Positions 1-14,233 are shown, numbered from the stretch's first letter. The stretch is DNA of 64,000 nucleotides from Rotaria socialis (GCA_905331295.1 CAJNYD010000503.1:1-64000), one strand, 5' to 3'. Numbers and translations are program-made. Notes: generated by a model from the sequence alone, not told the origin.

Positions 1-1571
1 TATTTTCAGGCTCAATAATACCACTATCCAATACTATTATATCATTAAATATCATATTATCAATGATAAAATACGTGACGCACAAATGAAACGTCATTTA
101 ATGTTTTGCTTTATTCCGATCGATCAAAATTCATTCAAAAGATTATATTATATGAACATGACACCATTATACATAATTTTCTAATTTTTTTACAATACAA
201 AGCAATTCAATATGTCATACATTTTTGCTTTTATATGTGAGATTATTAATTAATATAAATTTTCTTTCGAATAAAAAATAATATTCATATCCAACAGAAT
301 CATTTTTCATTTATTGTTATACTAACTTTTAAAAACCTCAGTGCCTTCTTCAGTTTGTCTTATATATTCGTACACTTTTGTTCAAGAAAAACAGAACAAA
401 TACTTCTATATCAAAGATAATAATTTATTTACGTCAATGTTTTTTGTCAGTTAATGCTTAGAAATGATTTCTAAATCGAATATCAATATCTATTCTTTAT
501 AGCATTTTAATATTCAATAAGAATTACAATGTTCAGAATGTTTGACATTCAAATTACAAAATTCAATTTAAAAATAAATAAGTATCTGATATTATTGTGC
601 TATATAACTCGTTGTGTATTTCCGTAGAAAGAGCAGGGGGTGGGAAAAGGCGGATAAAAGATTAACAATTAACAATAAAGAAAACACAGTTGAATAAGAT
701 TGTTGTTTATTAAAATTGCATATAATCAAAGCGCGCCTTTTACAGATTGTTTACGGCAGTAAATCGATGAAACGTTACTGAATTGGTACGAAATGAAAAG
801 TGCACCGATGCATGAATGGCTGCATTGTGAGAAAATGATTGAATTAACATGTTTATTATATTAAATTATTTGAAGTGCCCTGTGAGAAATTTTCCTGATA
901 TATATATATCAATTGAAAAAGTGTAATCCTTTGAACGGAGAATAAAAAACCCTTTTGATGATGGAGTAGAACAATAAATTCATCACCGCAGAATAAAATA
1001 CTCTTGGAGATAAAATCATATACCTTTCTCCTTAAATCTCAGATTAATAAACCCTTTTTTTCTTGTATCATCTTTTTTTCATATACCCTTCAAGGGTTTA
1101 GCATGATTTGTAGAAAGGACAAGGGTTTATTATTCTACTCTTTTTTTTACAGTGTAGTTCTGGTTCGGTGCATGCCTTATAAGAACGAGGTTATTGAATA
1201 AACTTTTCACTATATTCTATTGGTCTGATTCTTGAAGATTGAAGGTTTTTTAGCTGAAGCTCTTCACATTTAGACTCATAAAGATTTATCAAGAAGCGTT
1301 GAAGTAGATATTTGTTTGCTGATTGATAGCAAATGTTACGAGCTATAAAATCATATACTTTTCATTTTCAACAAAGCTTGGCCAACTGAGAAATCGCATA
1401 GAGAGTATTCAAAAGGTAGGATTTTGTGCATTTTTGGTTACTTTTTGGCAGCTACTTTCAGAGAAAGTTACTATTATAACAAAAAAATAATAACACACCT
1501 GGAATCAGCATCCAAGACTAAGTTAGTTTACAAGTATTTCTACTTGTTCTTTAAACTTTTAATTTTTTTCG

Positions 1572-1770
1572 AAAAATTCACCTGTGCTATCCCTCAGGCT
1601 TCGGTCAAAAATGAATTTCATCTAAAACTAGTTTAGATGATTGTAATTAACGGCGAAGCTCAAGAAATCTACTTTAAACATGAAATGATGAGTATTCGAA
1701 TTATGAAAGAAAGATTTTGAGAAAACTCATTTTTGGTCAGAGCCTGAGGGGTAGCACAGGTGAATTTTTT
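1572..1770. mobile_element. MITE-like inverted-repeat element whose right arm ends at a telomere-like tract
   Basis: aaaaattcacctgtgctatccctcaggct (1572-1600) is nearly the reverse complement of agcctgaggggtagcacaggtgaattttt (1741-1769); weaker pairing continues inward. Confidence 0.6.
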
Positions 1771-1826
1771 GGGTGTGGGTGTGATTTATTTCTATGGATA
1801 CGCATCCACACCCACACGCCACACCC
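1771..1826. repeat. Inverted telomere-like junction (TGTGGG)n-spacer-(CCCACA)n
   Basis: gggtgtgggtgtg...catccacacccacacgccacaccc. Confidence 0.85.
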
Positions 1827-1906
1827 AACTTTATTTTTTATTTTTTATTGTTATTTTTATTATTGAGAATAACGAACCAAGAGAATAAAGACGTTTAACA
1901 AAAGAA

Positions 1907-1965
1907 GGGTGTGGCTGTGGGTGTAGGTGAAGATATAATTCTACTGTTCACCCACACCCACACCC
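1907..1965. repeat. Inverted telomere-like junction
   Basis: gggtgtggctgtgggtgtaggtgaa...ttcacccacacccacaccc. Confidence 0.9.
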
Positions 1966-2115
1966 AATTACAAGGAATAACAAAAGTTGATAATAATTAA
2001 TCACATTAAAATTATTTAAAAGGTAATAAAAAAAATTCACATATCGGATGATTTACTATTATTTTTATGCAGAATCATGAGGTACTTTTCACATGAAATA
2101 AAGCCGTTGAATTTG

Positions 2116-5100
2116 TCAAAATCTGTCCGATGTAATTGATGATTTTATTTCATTACTTTTTTGTTCCACTTTCCACTGTTGAATTTCTACTAATGGTCGA
2201 GCACAATTATCTCTTTTGTCAGCTACTGGAAATTTTAAATTTGTTAATTTTTGTAATCTTAAAATTCGTACTGCTTCGAACATTTCTTTATTTTTACAAA
2301 TTTCAATAGTTGAGTATGAATGTAAATCACTTAAAATTGCCTGTAATTTAAATAGTTGTTTTGCTTTATTTGTGCAACCACACCAAGGAAAAGAACTCCA
2401 GAATTTGCTATCAATATATTCATGTAATGATTGAATTAATAAATACAACCAATTATTCTTGTCTGTACTATGTTTATTTGCCGTATTACTTTCTTTTTTA
2501 ATTACACTAGCGATTTCATTCATTAATTGATCTGTTGACTGAAATTCGACACTTTCTCGATCGTATTCACGCTCAATAATCGACATAACAAGACCAACTA
2601 GAATTTGATTGAAATTATAGCTATTTGAATAATTTGTGAATATACAATTCGCTAATTCGCATTTTTCACTGATTATCAAATGAGATTTTTCGAATCCTCG
2701 GTAAAATAAAATGGCACATAACAATCTACCGAATTGTGAAGTCAAATATATTTTTGTTTGGACAGTCCTTTGACTTTGAGCTTCATTATATACTTCATCA
2801 ACTACAATCTTACAGTCGTGAGAATGTAGTACAATTTCATCGTGTTGTTCTGTATTTACTTCATCCTGTAATATGAAAGGTACATGAGATTTGGTTAACC
2901 GAGGATCATCACAAGTGACCATAATTACTCGATTACCGATTTGAGAATCTAAAGTAGATTTATATACATATTTATTACCATAAACAACATTCATAAAATG
3001 TGTGGAATCTTCATTTATTGTATTGTCATATACTACTTGATATAAAAATCTATGATCTTCTTGTTTTTCATAATTTGTTCTAATTTTATTAGCTTTCGCA
3101 TTCAATTCCATGGTATGTGGCCTTCTAAATCCAATGCCCGACCAACGATGATTAGTCGCTTCAGATTTAGTTTGTTGCTTTTCATCAATAAATTGTAAAT
3201 TATCGTAATCGAATAAAGTGAAATCCAATTCATCCGGGTGTCCACTACCGATACAAATAAAACCAGCTTTATTAGAGGACTTCATATGTTGTAAAAATAA
3301 ATCAGATTTAATTTTACGAAATGTTGATTCAGGATTTGAATAAATAAAGATTATTAAATCTGCTGTATTCAACCATTTTATTTCTGGATGATGAAATGCA
3401 CCATATCGTTTGATATCCCATATTTGATTTGAATAGTTAAATAACTTAAATAGATTCTGATATGCAAGAAACTCCGCTCGCTTAAATTTAGAATTTGTAA
3501 CAAGAAGTACATCAGTATGAATATTTGGTGTAAATATTGGTACAACTTCAGTGGTATTTCTACGTTTTTCAATTTGTGTGTCACGTAACAGTAAATCAAT
3601 ATCCCAAAATAAACTTTTATAGTAATGATTAACACTTTTGTCGTGTAAAGTAATTTTAAATTTAATAAGTTCTGTTGACTTAGGTGAGATTTCTTTATTA
3701 ATTTTATAATAAGTTCGTCCATCAGGCATTATTTGGTAACCATATTTTTCATTCATGGGCAAAAATTTAATTAAAGAATGAGTGGAGAATATAAATTCTA
3801 CTGGACCAGCTGAATCTTGACATACACCATACGATCGTGTAGAAATATTAGCAAATTTTACTGTCACAACGGCTTGCTCATTTGGCGCTAGGTGAGTTGG
3901 AATTTCAATATTTTCTATTTGAATTGGATATTGACAGGTTAACATAGTTGAAACTTCACTACCGTTGAATGAACGATTTAGTAGATTAATTTGTGATGTT
4001 ATTTTTACGGATTGAATGAACGGTTGATTAATTGAAAGAGCCGATGTAGCATTGATATGACATTTAAATCGATGAGAATCGAGTAAAACTTGATTAATAT
4101 TAGCACCTGTCAATACACTAACATCTTTTATATCAGTGGAAATATATTCTGTAGATGGAAATGATAATAAAGATCCACTAGGTAAGGTCATTGCTCCGTT
4201 ATTTGCCCATTTAACATCTGTAATATGAAAATCTGAGTCGGGCTCGTAGATTCCATCATTGTTTTGGTCAGTAATAGTATAACAAATGACACTAGCATGA
4301 TATTTATCAGAACTAGTTTCAATTATGTTACCATCTATATCGATCACAGCGTATTGAATTGAGCCATCCATTGCAGCACGACCATTACGACCATTGGAAC
4401 CACTTATACCTGATGAACCACTACTACCACAGGATCCAGATCTACCATTAGAGCCATTCATACCGCTGCGACCATCTGGTCCACCACTACCGCCAGATCC
4501 ACCGGAACCGCCAGCTCCACCGGAACCGCGAGAACCAAATTGGCCACCGCTGCCACCTTGACCACCTTCACCTTTTGTGCCTGCCCGGCAATCCAACTCA
4601 ATTAACATGAATAATCGAGAATCTCTACTGCGAACTTGAACATGACCACCGGCGCCTGCATTTCCTCCATTCCCACCGGATCCACCGTTACCGCCGTTAC
4701 CTCCATCCCCTCCGTTACCTCCAGGTCCACCATCACTTCCGTCGGCACCATTAATACCTTCCATCCAAGTACTGGATCCACATGGGCCATTATAACCATG
4801 ACCACCAGATCCTCCATCCCCTCCTCTTCCTCCGTTACCTCCTCGCCCTCCATCTCCTCCGTTGCCACCTACAGCCTTCACAAGAATGATCCCCTTCGAT
4901 TTAGCCAATCGAAAATCATAATTGACATCGTCATGCAGTTGAGCGAAATTCCAGTCAATATCAGTGGAATCCTTCGATGGATTATTTGAGTTATGAAATG
5001 TTGCCAGTTGCAAGTTCAAGTTTTCAATCGTTCCTTTTAACCAAATCAGTGCATGTTGAGCATCCGTACCAGATTGACCTGAATGACCATCAAACCCATT

Positions 5101-5337
5101 ACTACCATTACCGCCTGTACTACCACAACCACTCGTCGCATCACGGTACCCAATAATCCCAGGTGAACCACTAGTACCAGGAATCCCAGATGAACCACTA
5201 GTACCAGAACAACCATCTGAGCCTGACTTGCCGCTAATAGAAATTACATGATCCACAGGTTTCACTAAAGATCTTGTACTAACGTTATAAACATCGAAAG
5301 GAAAAATTGGTAATTCAACCTCTGTTACTATACTCAT
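2116..5337 (-). CDS. Intronless 1073-aa protein with an N-terminal Gly-rich (GGNGGDGG, collagen/PGRS-like) region and uncharacterised globular C-terminal domains
   Basis: Long uninterrupted ORF from ATG; G-x-x-G repeats over roughly aa 35-325. Confidence 0.85.
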   Translation of the reverse strand: MSIVTEVELPIFPFDVYNVSTRSLVKPVDHVISISGKSGSDGCSGTSGSSGIPGTSGSPGIIGYRDATSGCGSTGGNGSNGFDGHSGQSGTDAQHALIWLKGTIENLNLQLATFHNSNNPSKDSTDIDWNFAQLHDDVNYDFRLAKSKGIILVKAVGGNGGDGGRGGNGGRGGDGGSGGHGYNGPCGSSTWMEGINGADGSDGGPGGNGGDGGNGGNGGSGGNGGNAGAGGHVQVRSRDSRLFMLIELDCRAGTKGEGGQGGSGGQFGSRGSGGAGGSGGSGGSGGPDGRSGMNGSNGRSGSCGSSGSSGISGSNGRNGRAAMDGSIQYAVIDIDGNIIETSSDKYHASVICYTITDQNNDGIYEPDSDFHITDVKWANNGAMTLPSGSLLSFPSTEYISTDIKDVSVLTGANINQVLLDSHRFKCHINATSALSINQPFIQSVKITSQINLLNRSFNGSEVSTMLTCQYPIQIENIEIPTHLAPNEQAVVTVKFANISTRSYGVCQDSAGPVEFIFSTHSLIKFLPMNEKYGYQIMPDGRTYYKINKEISPKSTELIKFKITLHDKSVNHYYKSLFWDIDLLLRDTQIEKRRNTTEVVPIFTPNIHTDVLLVTNSKFKRAEFLAYQNLFKLFNYSNQIWDIKRYGAFHHPEIKWLNTADLIIFIYSNPESTFRKIKSDLFLQHMKSSNKAGFICIGSGHPDELDFTLFDYDNLQFIDEKQQTKSEATNHRWSGIGFRRPHTMELNAKANKIRTNYEKQEDHRFLYQVVYDNTINEDSTHFMNVVYGNKYVYKSTLDSQIGNRVIMVTCDDPRLTKSHVPFILQDEVNTEQHDEIVLHSHDCKIVVDEVYNEAQSQRTVQTKIYLTSQFGRLLCAILFYRGFEKSHLIISEKCELANCIFTNYSNSYNFNQILVGLVMSIIEREYDRESVEFQSTDQLMNEIASVIKKESNTANKHSTDKNNWLYLLIQSLHEYIDSKFWSSFPWCGCTNKAKQLFKLQAILSDLHSYSTIEICKNKEMFEAVRILRLQKLTNLKFPVADKRDNCARPLVEIQQWKVEQKSNEIKSSITSDRF

Positions 5338-5704
5338 TATACTACGTTGATTAAAATGAAGAAAATCGTGTGTTATTTGACTGTTATCGAATAGAGAATA
5401 TATCTTCAGCTACTGCTATGTGTCTTGTAAAAAACAAATCAGTCTTCTTATCATTATGAATGAATACATGTGAATCAAGTGGCCACGTTAATTTTTCGTT
5501 TTTATGCTCATACGTCATTCTACATGCGCCTGTTTTTTATCTTGCCTATTATCATCGATAAGAACTTAAAAGGGTCTCATCATAAATAAAATAAAATGTT
5601 TTATGAAATTCACTCTTTTCGAGGAAACTGATTTCGCTCTCTGAAAAAAGAAGTACTATTTTCGGGAATTTGCTCGCTTTCTGAAGAATTTTACGATAGA
5701 TATA

Positions 5705-6007
5705 CAGTATAACCTCTCTATAGTGGACACCCAAGGGCCCTTTTCAAAGTGTCCACTTTTGGGAGGTTTTTTTGGTTTTTTTTTACTTCGAAGTCATTTT
5801 TTAGTTACCAAAGTGTATGATCGACAGTCTCTTTATCAATGACACTTTGCAAAGAAGTGCGTGTTCAAGATAGTTTCTATCATAATTTATTAAAAACTAA
5901 TTAAACTTCGTCATTTTTTTTCGAAATAGTCAGTAATACAACTTTCTTAGGGCACTGTCCAGTCAAGATAAACGTCAGTCACCTTCGACTCGATTTCGCT
6001 GATGAGT
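5705..6007 (+). mobile_element. Left end of a pogo/Tc1-like DNA element, truncated
   Basis: ta|cagtataacctctctatagtggacac followed by a subterminal palindrome (gtggacac...gtgtccac); no matching right end seen before the junction at 6008. Confidence 0.45.
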
Positions 6008-6058
6008 ACGGGTGTGGATGTGGCTGAGGTTGAAGCGATTATCAACACTCACACCCGT
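6008..6058. repeat. Inverted telomere-like junction
   Basis: acgggtgtggatgtgg...actcacacccgt. Confidence 0.8.
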
Positions 6059-6672
6059 TAATTCTCTAAGAATTAGAATTTCTTTTTGGAATTATGCATG
6101 AAAAACAATCAGCAATAATTCTGTATCCTACTGGCAAAGTGTACTCAGGATATTGAACATTTTTTCGATATTTTGTCAAGTTATGCGTCTGTACAACAGA
6201 TATGGTTGACTCCTGTGGGTCTGGACCATTAGGACTAGGATCAGAAAATTGTTCAATATATTTAATCGATAACCAATGAATTTTAAAAAATTGAGTGCAC
6301 GAAAATTGGTAACTTCACATAGTTCAAAAGATGGAATGTTCTAACTCAGTTTGCTTTTATGCTCAACTATAAACAGATTTCATAGATTAAGTTTGAATAT
6401 AATGACAGAAGAAATTTTTATAGAGAGTAAGCCACCCATAGAAACAAAACACTAAAAATTTACAATAAAATAATGTTGAAAACAAATAAAAGCTCGAATT
6501 CATGGATTGGAATGAACAATTTTTTGAATTTCTTTGTATGATTTCAGTGAAAAGTATCTATGCCTGTTCTTACATTACATTTTCTACTTAAAAGACTTCA
6601 ATTGAAAATCTACATTCGATAATTTTTCTCAAATAACAAAAACTGTAAATTCGCAAAACAAAATCTAAATAC

Positions 6673-7355
6673 CAAGAAGAAACAGCAACCAGTTGATCAT
6701 TTGTACTAAATTCACAATATGATAAAGGACGATTATCACTCAATTAACTGCAATGTAATGTTGTGGTCTAGAAAAGATAATTAGAAAAAAAATAGACGAA
6801 CAAGAAAAATTTACTCGTAAATTCACGATATAAACCTTGAATGTTAGCTGTTCGATATACTTCAGGTATAGCAACATATTCTTTTAATTTTTCAATACGT
6901 TCTTTTGCTCTAGAATATAATTTAAAATAATATTTCTATGCAAATATAGATCTTTTACCTTGACAAGGAATATTCTGCAATCCAATATCGTACTGTTTGT
7001 AATTCATCAGGACCGTCATGATACCAAGCTACTCTGTTAAAAAAATTAAAAACAAAAAAGCCAATAAAAAATTTAAATAAATTATTTTTTTGCTTTTATT
7101 TGTCTTGTATCTTCAACTTTTTCATTGTCTTCTTCATTTTTACGTAATATCTTTGGAATTTCATTATCAGATAAAGATGATATTAGGTTTTGAAGACGTT
7201 TACGTCGTTCGGCTGGACGTTCTCCAAATAAACCTAAATGAAACCAAGAAATAATAACATTACTGTAAAAACCGTATCAATTTTTTCTTGCAGATAGGTT
7301 GTTCTAGTTGACGTAACGTTGCTTGGATTTTAATATTATCAGTTGTGGCGTTCAT
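6673..7355 (-). pseudogene. PRPF4: U4/U6 snRNP protein Prp4 N-terminal fragment (5 exons) with an in-frame stop; WD40 repeats lost
   Basis: Spliced translation LRQLEQPI/CLFGERPAERRKRLQNL...AWYHDGPDELQTVRYWIAEYSLSRAKERIE...LHCS*LSDNRPLSYCEFS matches the Prp4 N-terminus; TAA at 6744-6746 falls at the conserved Gln. Confidence 0.85.
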
Positions 7356-7544
7356 TTTTCGATGCTTGTCACTATAAAACATAGTTTTATTACAAAAAAT
7401 AATCTAATAGAGAAAAACAGAAACAGCAACTGACTGTAACAAAAAAACGAATAACGTAGGTCGCAAACAGACTAGGCAATTTATATTGATACGTGCTGCG
7501 TAAGCCAGTCGGAGATCGTGTCGATAATATACGCTAACGACGAG

Positions 7545-7738
7545 TAGGGGAGTCACATTTTAATTTTAATTTAAAATAAATGCAATTTTTTTAATGAAAA
7601 GTTAAAGCTAGTCACTCTTCTACGAATTGTGCTATTAAATATATATTTATGGGTATCCCGATATTTTGAAGAAGAAAGATGGCCGATCCTGCATAATTTG
7701 TAGAGAAATTTTGATTATTATGAACAAATGTTAACCTT
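7545..7738 (+). mobile_element. Truncated copy of the hAT MITE at 44047-44631
   Basis: Starts taggggagtca; 7608-7738 aligns with about 44252-44380; breaks off at the G-rich tract at 7739. Confidence 0.75.
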
Positions 7739-7790
7739 GGGGGTGGGATGTGTGTGTGTAAATGAAGAGAAGATCGATACCCACACACTC
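7739..7790. repeat. Inverted telomere-like junction (degenerate)
   Basis: gggggtgggatgtgtgtgtg...acccacacactc. Confidence 0.65.
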
Positions 7791-9284
7791 AACTAACGAG
7801 AGAACCTTTCTAGATCATAAAATCCTTTTGAAATAGGACACTTCATTAGATAGCTCCTATCAAGGCCAGACAAAGTCTAGAATGATTCATGCTCACGATA
7901 GTCATTTTATTGGTTAAGATAATCTACACATAACACAATATTGTGCGCAACTTATCCCAGAGCATGCGAGTCAATGGAATTGCATTTCTTTCTTTATTCT
8001 TATCTCTTCAGAAATTCTTTTACTTTGACGTATATTGAAAAAATGTTCATAACCACATATATGTTAGTTGAAGTACAATATATTTTTTTAAATATCAAAT
8101 TTCCCCCATGAAAATATAGTAAATGCTGAAGTTAAACTCATGCAGATATATTATTTTCAATCTATATTATAGATTGAAAATAATAAAACTACTAAAAATA
8201 AATAAATCTGTCTTTCAAATCGAATTAATATTCCTTGATTTGCATTCATTTCTAGAGAAATCTGTGTACTCTCAAAGAAAATTTCTTTCTTACTCAAGTT
8301 TTGGATTATTTTTCGGTGATACAATGAATTTTTCTGACTGACTCATTCCTTGTTTCAATTTGGATTTTATCTTGCAAATAAATTTAAAGAAAAATTTCCA
8401 GGCAAGATGGTTAAGTATTAGTTGGCTAAGAAGCTAATTTTCAAAATACAGAAGCAACAAAATCAATTATCTCATCGTGTAACTACGTGATATAAAATGC
8501 TTGTTGTATAAGTTTGTTCCAAGAAAATTTCATAGAAAAAATAATTTACACTTACGTTAGTGATATATACAAAACTCAAGTCCTTATTAAAAATCTCCTG
8601 ATAGTCATTAATCTGTTGGGTTTGAAGATTTAGAACTTTTAGTTACGAATCTTCTGGAAATATCCACGGATAAAAAACGAAACTTTTTCTGATGATGCAA
8701 AGTGAGGTTTTCAATACATCTAGTAGCTATTTAGCAAATGTATATCACTAGCATCATTTTTTTCTAACCAGAGAACATAACCAAGTGTCGAATAGAACTA
8801 AGAAAATCTTAAAAGGCTTTTGGTCAAGAATATCAATACTTTCAGTGCCGAGATAAAATATATATTTCAAAAGATGCAAGTGTTAACTTAATAGTAGTAC
8901 GTAATAAAATTGTTGCTTATATCCAATGATCAATTTGTCCTAGTAGCACGTCTAAATAAAACTCAAGGAATTTAATCTTATCTGACTTTAAGAAACCTTC
9001 TAGACGACAATGTAAGGATGCAGTATTCCTTATAGGATTCATTTAAAAGAATCTATGGATATTTCTAGAAATGATTTATGTCTTTAAGCAATCATAAATG
9101 CTGTATGAATATCTTAATTACAGAAATTATAATAGGAAAATATCTTTAATAGATTATTGTTTTCGTTCGACACAGAATAATAATAAAAATACCAAAAAGT
9201 TGCCTGTTAGTAAATTTAGTAAAATCGATATATTATTTCGATAACTGTTTATAAATTACATTGAGAAAAATAATACGAATTTTT

Positions 9285-9900
9285 TTAACTTTTGAAAACC
9301 CGCACGACACTCGTGATGGGACATCGGCATATAGGACAGTCAGATAATTGTTTACCACAACGAATACACGTACATAGATGACCACAATTAAGAACGACAC
9401 AATCAATATTTGCATCCAAACAAACTTTGCATAGATTTTCGTTGGGGTCTTCTTTAGAGACTTAAATAACAAAATCAACCACAAATGATGTAGAAAAAAA
9501 CAAAAATTATTTTACTTTTTGCATTTGATTCTTTTTTTTGTTTTTCATCACGATAAAGTAATTTAACTTTACTAGTTAATTCTGATTTTTCAACACATCC
9601 AGCAATCGATACATAACTATGTACAAGAATTTGTTGTAATTGTTGAGTTGTTAAGTCATCTATTGATTCTAATGTTGATATATCATTGAGAGTCATGCAA
9701 GCATAATTTAATTTTGGTGAAGCATCTTCAATTGGAGCTATCGGTTCTGAATGTTCACTTACACATGATGAGTTGATATTTGACGATGGTGTCTAAAAGC
9801 AAATCGTAAAAGAAACTAAATAAAAGGATAAGACATGAATCATTCATATCAAAATTTTACGGACTGAACAATCATCATACTATTGTTGAGATACATCTTG
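9285..9900 (-). pseudogene. RNF34: 3' fragment of an RNF34/RFFL (CARP-family) RING E3 ligase; N-terminal FYVE-like part missing
   Basis: Exon 9518-9792 has LTTQQLQQIL...GCVEKSELTSKV; last exon has C3HC4 RING LCKVCLDANIDCVVLNCGHLCTCIRCGKQLSDCPICR...VRVFKS*; upstream exon is cut at 9900. Confidence 0.75.
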
Positions 9901-9972
9901 AGGGTGTGGGTGCGAGGGTAGAAGTCATTTCATAACACTCTCACTCCACGTCCACGTCCACGCCCACACCCT
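9901..9972. repeat. Inverted telomere-like junction
   Basis: (cttg)agggtgtgggtgcgaggg...ccacgtccacgtccacgcccacaccct. Confidence 0.9.
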
Positions 9973-10453
9973 ATCTTTCTGTAAATCAAGACTTGCAGAA
10001 CAATACGTCTAGTTCCAGAATGGCTTCATCAAATGCAATGAAAGTCTCATAATATATAGCCAGAGTAAGTCGACCCCTGACTCATAAAGTATTTCTATTG
10101 CATAGTTATGAGTTTTGCAATAGTGACAGCCAGCATGTATTATTAGTGTTCTGTGGCTAATTCAATAGAGGCGAGAGTTTTGTTTCTGACCTATACTGAG
10201 CGAAAGCTATGCAACCTACATGTTTTTAGAGTCATACCTATTAGGGAAGCTGAAATCCGAGCAGCAGTGGCAGAATTCTGCTGTTCAATAGAACGCCATA
10301 AACTATTCATTGATGTTGCTATTCCTTTTTCTCAGCTTCAATTTTTCTCGTATTTCTACCAAATTTATTCTGCACAGATTCTTGGAACAGGTTTCTAAAA
10401 TTATTCGTGCTACCATGCACTGCAAAAAATTTCTCCGCTAAAAGTCTCACTTT

Positions 10454-10512
10454 CCCAGTCAGACAAGTTTTGAAAAAAAAACGGTGTTTTTTTCAACGCT
10501 TGTCTGACTGGG
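10454..10512. repeat. Short hairpin (mini-MITE-like)
   Basis: cccagtcagacaag...cttgtctgactggg, a perfect 14-bp outer inverted repeat with internal A/T arms. Confidence 0.7.
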
Positions 10513-13500
10513 TTAGGAGTAAGCTCAGCATGGTTTTAAAATTATGAGAGATGGTTGCTTAAATTTTTTCTCGCTCACTAGTTGTTTTACTTTTTCTACT
10601 TCCTACAATTTTCATCAGCATCCATTGTCGCGTTGAGAAGATAGGTTTTTGAGGGAGGAGGACCGGGTTTCCCGTTAATTTACATAAAATAGATCTCGTT
10701 TTCCCTAAACTCAGTTCAATTTGAAACTTTTGAACATTCGGTCGGTTAGGTTAGCAAAAATGCCAACCGATCCCATCTCTGTTCCCCACCAGTCGTATAC
10801 TTCACTAGTTATATATTGTTGCAAAGAGATTTCTGTCTTTTTGGAAAATGATATTGCCCCAAATTCAAATTCCTCAACATATGTACTTATAAACTATCGC
10901 ATGATTGCCAGTATTTATCATTAAGATTTTAGATAAAATGAAAGATTTCTACATTCTATTTATTCTTACGTTGGATAATGTTGATTTATTTGAAACATTA
11001 CTCGAACGTTTTGCTCGCCTAAATCGTTCCAAATTATAACGTGCAAAATATAATTTATAACATTCAAAACCTTTTTTGATATAAAATATAGAAAAAGAAA
11101 CAAATAATATATTCTAAACATTTGATTTGTAATTGGTACCTTTAGGTGATAAATTTGTTAGATCAAGTTTTGATACACGTTTTTCAAATAAAGCTAATTG
11201 TGAGTCTCGATTAAAATCTTCTACACATGTTATAAACCAATTTAAGCCAAGTTCACGACCAAATGAACTTGCATTTTCATTTGTGATTAATGTATCCCAT
11301 AATTCTTCACTACGTTTTAATATTAAATAAAGATTTCCTTTTTTTAATAAAAATGATAATAAATCTAAATGAGTTTTAATTGATTCTTGATGTGTAAAAC
11401 GCCCATCAACTAATGTATCAATCGTTACATGTCCATGTGTTTTATTCCAAACATCTAATTGACATGTTGATAAACTTCGAATTAATGCTGATATAACATC
11501 ATGCTTATGAACTAATAGTGATATTAAATCTGGTTCTGAACGTTTAAATGTATTTGTTGGATTATGAAGTAATAATTCATATAAATGTTTTAACGCTGAT
11601 ACAAGCCAACCTTGATTACGTTGTAAATCAGTCATACATTTAAGACAATAATCACGTTTAAGTTCATCATAAGATGAGCGACCCTCACTAAATACACGCA
11701 AATGACAATATAGAAGATGATCAAGCATTGAACGATGAAGTCGATCTTCATGTGCCATATCCCAAAGCACTTCTAAAACACGAGCAGCAGAATCTTCTTG
11801 ACATCCTCGACCGATAGCACCAAGTAATTCAATAAGCTTTTCTTTTATAGGAATGGTTTCAGTTTTCCATGACTGTATAAATAATATTCAATTATATATG
11901 TGGGCAACAACAAAAATTATTTATATTACGTTATCAATGAAACCAATTAGACAGTTGAGTTGTTCTAGATTAAATTTCGTTGCGGCAGATGCAATCAGAC
12001 TCAATAAATGATCCACTGTGGCTAATGATCGACCATGCTGAAAAAAACCCAAACACTAAATACGCTGTTCTTGCTGCGTACTCAAAAGAAAAAGAGTACA
12101 CTATAGAATCGGCCAGTGTGTCCGCCCGTCCGGCCGTTTACACGATAACTCTTCACAATTACATTCGATTGAGCTGAAATTTTGTGCACAGAATTGTCTC
12201 ATCAATATCTAGGTCGAGTTCGAAGATGAGAAGAATCCGTCAAGAAATGACTGAGTTATCGAAAAAATTGCCATTTTTGATCAGACCATCCTTGAGGGGG
12301 AGTACAGGGATTTATCAAAAAAACTTTTTTTTTCCAGAATTATCCACAACATATATAAATCGACTCAGTTTTTAACGCTGATTCTGAATCTGATATTAGT
12401 TTTGAACTAAATCGTAGCTTTCTAACGAAACATCGCCTGAAAAGCGTCTCAAAATGCACAAAAACTGCATCCAGAAATCAAGCTGCCTAGTTTCTCATGA
12501 TAATTTTGGCGTTCAGACATTCTAGAATGACTCATATGTCCCATGCACTTTTTGCAGTACACATAACTCTCGGATGAAATCTGAAGTTTTCACATTTATT
12601 TATTTTAAAGTCTAGTAGAATCGGTAGACTCGAAAAAAGTTATCCATTGAAATTATGAACAGCTGAATTAATTTGTAGCTTAGTTTCTTTTCTTGATTAC
12701 GTTGTAACTCATTCGCATCACCCGGTGAGTCACAAGAGTATTGTCGTGTGTTCTATCGAGTTTTTGATCAATTTCTTCACGATCCCTTTATTTGATCTCC
12801 TTCAAAATATTAATTAAAACTTACTTAATATATTATAACGAGACAATATTTCTATACGATCATACATCAATAGCATATCTTCTGACTTAAATGAATAATT
12901 CGTTGCTAATTTGCCAACTAAGTGTGATTTGGAGGAGGTCAGAAATTCTACATTTATACTTTAACAGTTATTTTAGATTGCGTTTCACAAATGAAAGATT
13001 GCGATTCAACAGGAAAAATAAATTTTCAGTATGTACAAATCTGATACGAATATAAAAAGGGAACAACATTAGAAGTTATTTTACTGTTGACACCTAGAAT
13101 CTGATCAGAAAACTATATATATCGTACTTTCGATAAGCCATTTAACCCATTGAGTAGGAGCTAGCCTACAGTGATAGCATAAATCAGCCGAATCAAAGCA
13201 CGATTTAGGATTTAAATAATGTAAAATATTTATTATCCGTTCGAACTCTGAGAAGACTCTTATAACGTTTGGGCAAAATTATTTTCTCATCAACATCAAA
13301 CTTTTAACAGAGTATAATGTTTGTGCAAAGTGTCTATTGCTCAAGAGACCTTTTTTTATATGCAGACTTGCAAAAGTTGCAAGATAGAGCAGATTAATTG
13401 AAGTGAAAACTGTGACACTGGTATTCTTAAAGAATTTCGTTATTCATTAGTCTCAATAAATATCAGTTTTCATTTTAAGTGATAATTTTTCTCGGAATAT

Positions 13501-14089
13501 ATCAAGAAGGAAACGACGTACTCTCGCATTATTGGAGTCCAGAAAGTACAAGAGGCACACGAAGTTTAATATAAAACGTGTTTAACTCAATTAAAAATGG
13601 CATATTCTCATATTTTCTGGATAGCTGTAGCTCCTGAACTCCGACAGCACATTGGGAATGCGAAGATACATCGTTCCGATTTGTACTCTCTGTAGCGCAG
13701 ATCATGCTCACATATGTTGCATTCGGTAAGAATTCGATTCCCTTTAGTTTAATGCTTGGAGAGTATTATGACGTTAAACTCTAGTTGCCATTTGTAACGG
13801 TATTACGAGATCAATGGTCATATTTCGTATTAAGTAGTATTTACAATTTCTAAATTACCAATTCATCGTTCTTTAAACTAGTAAATAATTAAGTCTCTGC
13901 AAACCTTATTAAATTTAATTACATTCTTCTGGTAAAACTGGTAAAATTTAAAAAAGTTGTTAGCGCAATCCCTTTGGGATTAAAAGTGTGAAACACGATG
14001 AAACTTCTTTTCTGGAATTCGTCCATTACTATCACTGGTGGTCTGTGGAGCTTCTCTATTACAGTCTGTATTATGATGTATGGAGTCTC

Positions 14090-14233
14090 TAGAAACCATC
14101 ACAGACCGTGACAGAGGGACTTCAGAAACCATCACAGACCGTGACAGAGACCTCAGAAACTATCGCAGACCGGGACAGAGAAATGAATTAATTAATCAGC
14201 TAACTAATTAATTAATTTCTCTGTCCCTGTCTG
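14090..14233. repeat. About 3 tandem ~31-33 bp units running into a hairpin next to the assembly gap
   Basis: agaaaccatcacagaccgtgacagag repeated; cagaccgggacagagaaat...atttctctgtccctgtctg inverted repeat. Confidence 0.7.

Noticed and set aside
4602..4989. Overlapping ORFs inside the Gly-rich gene
   Set aside because: They are shadow frames of low-complexity Gly codons.
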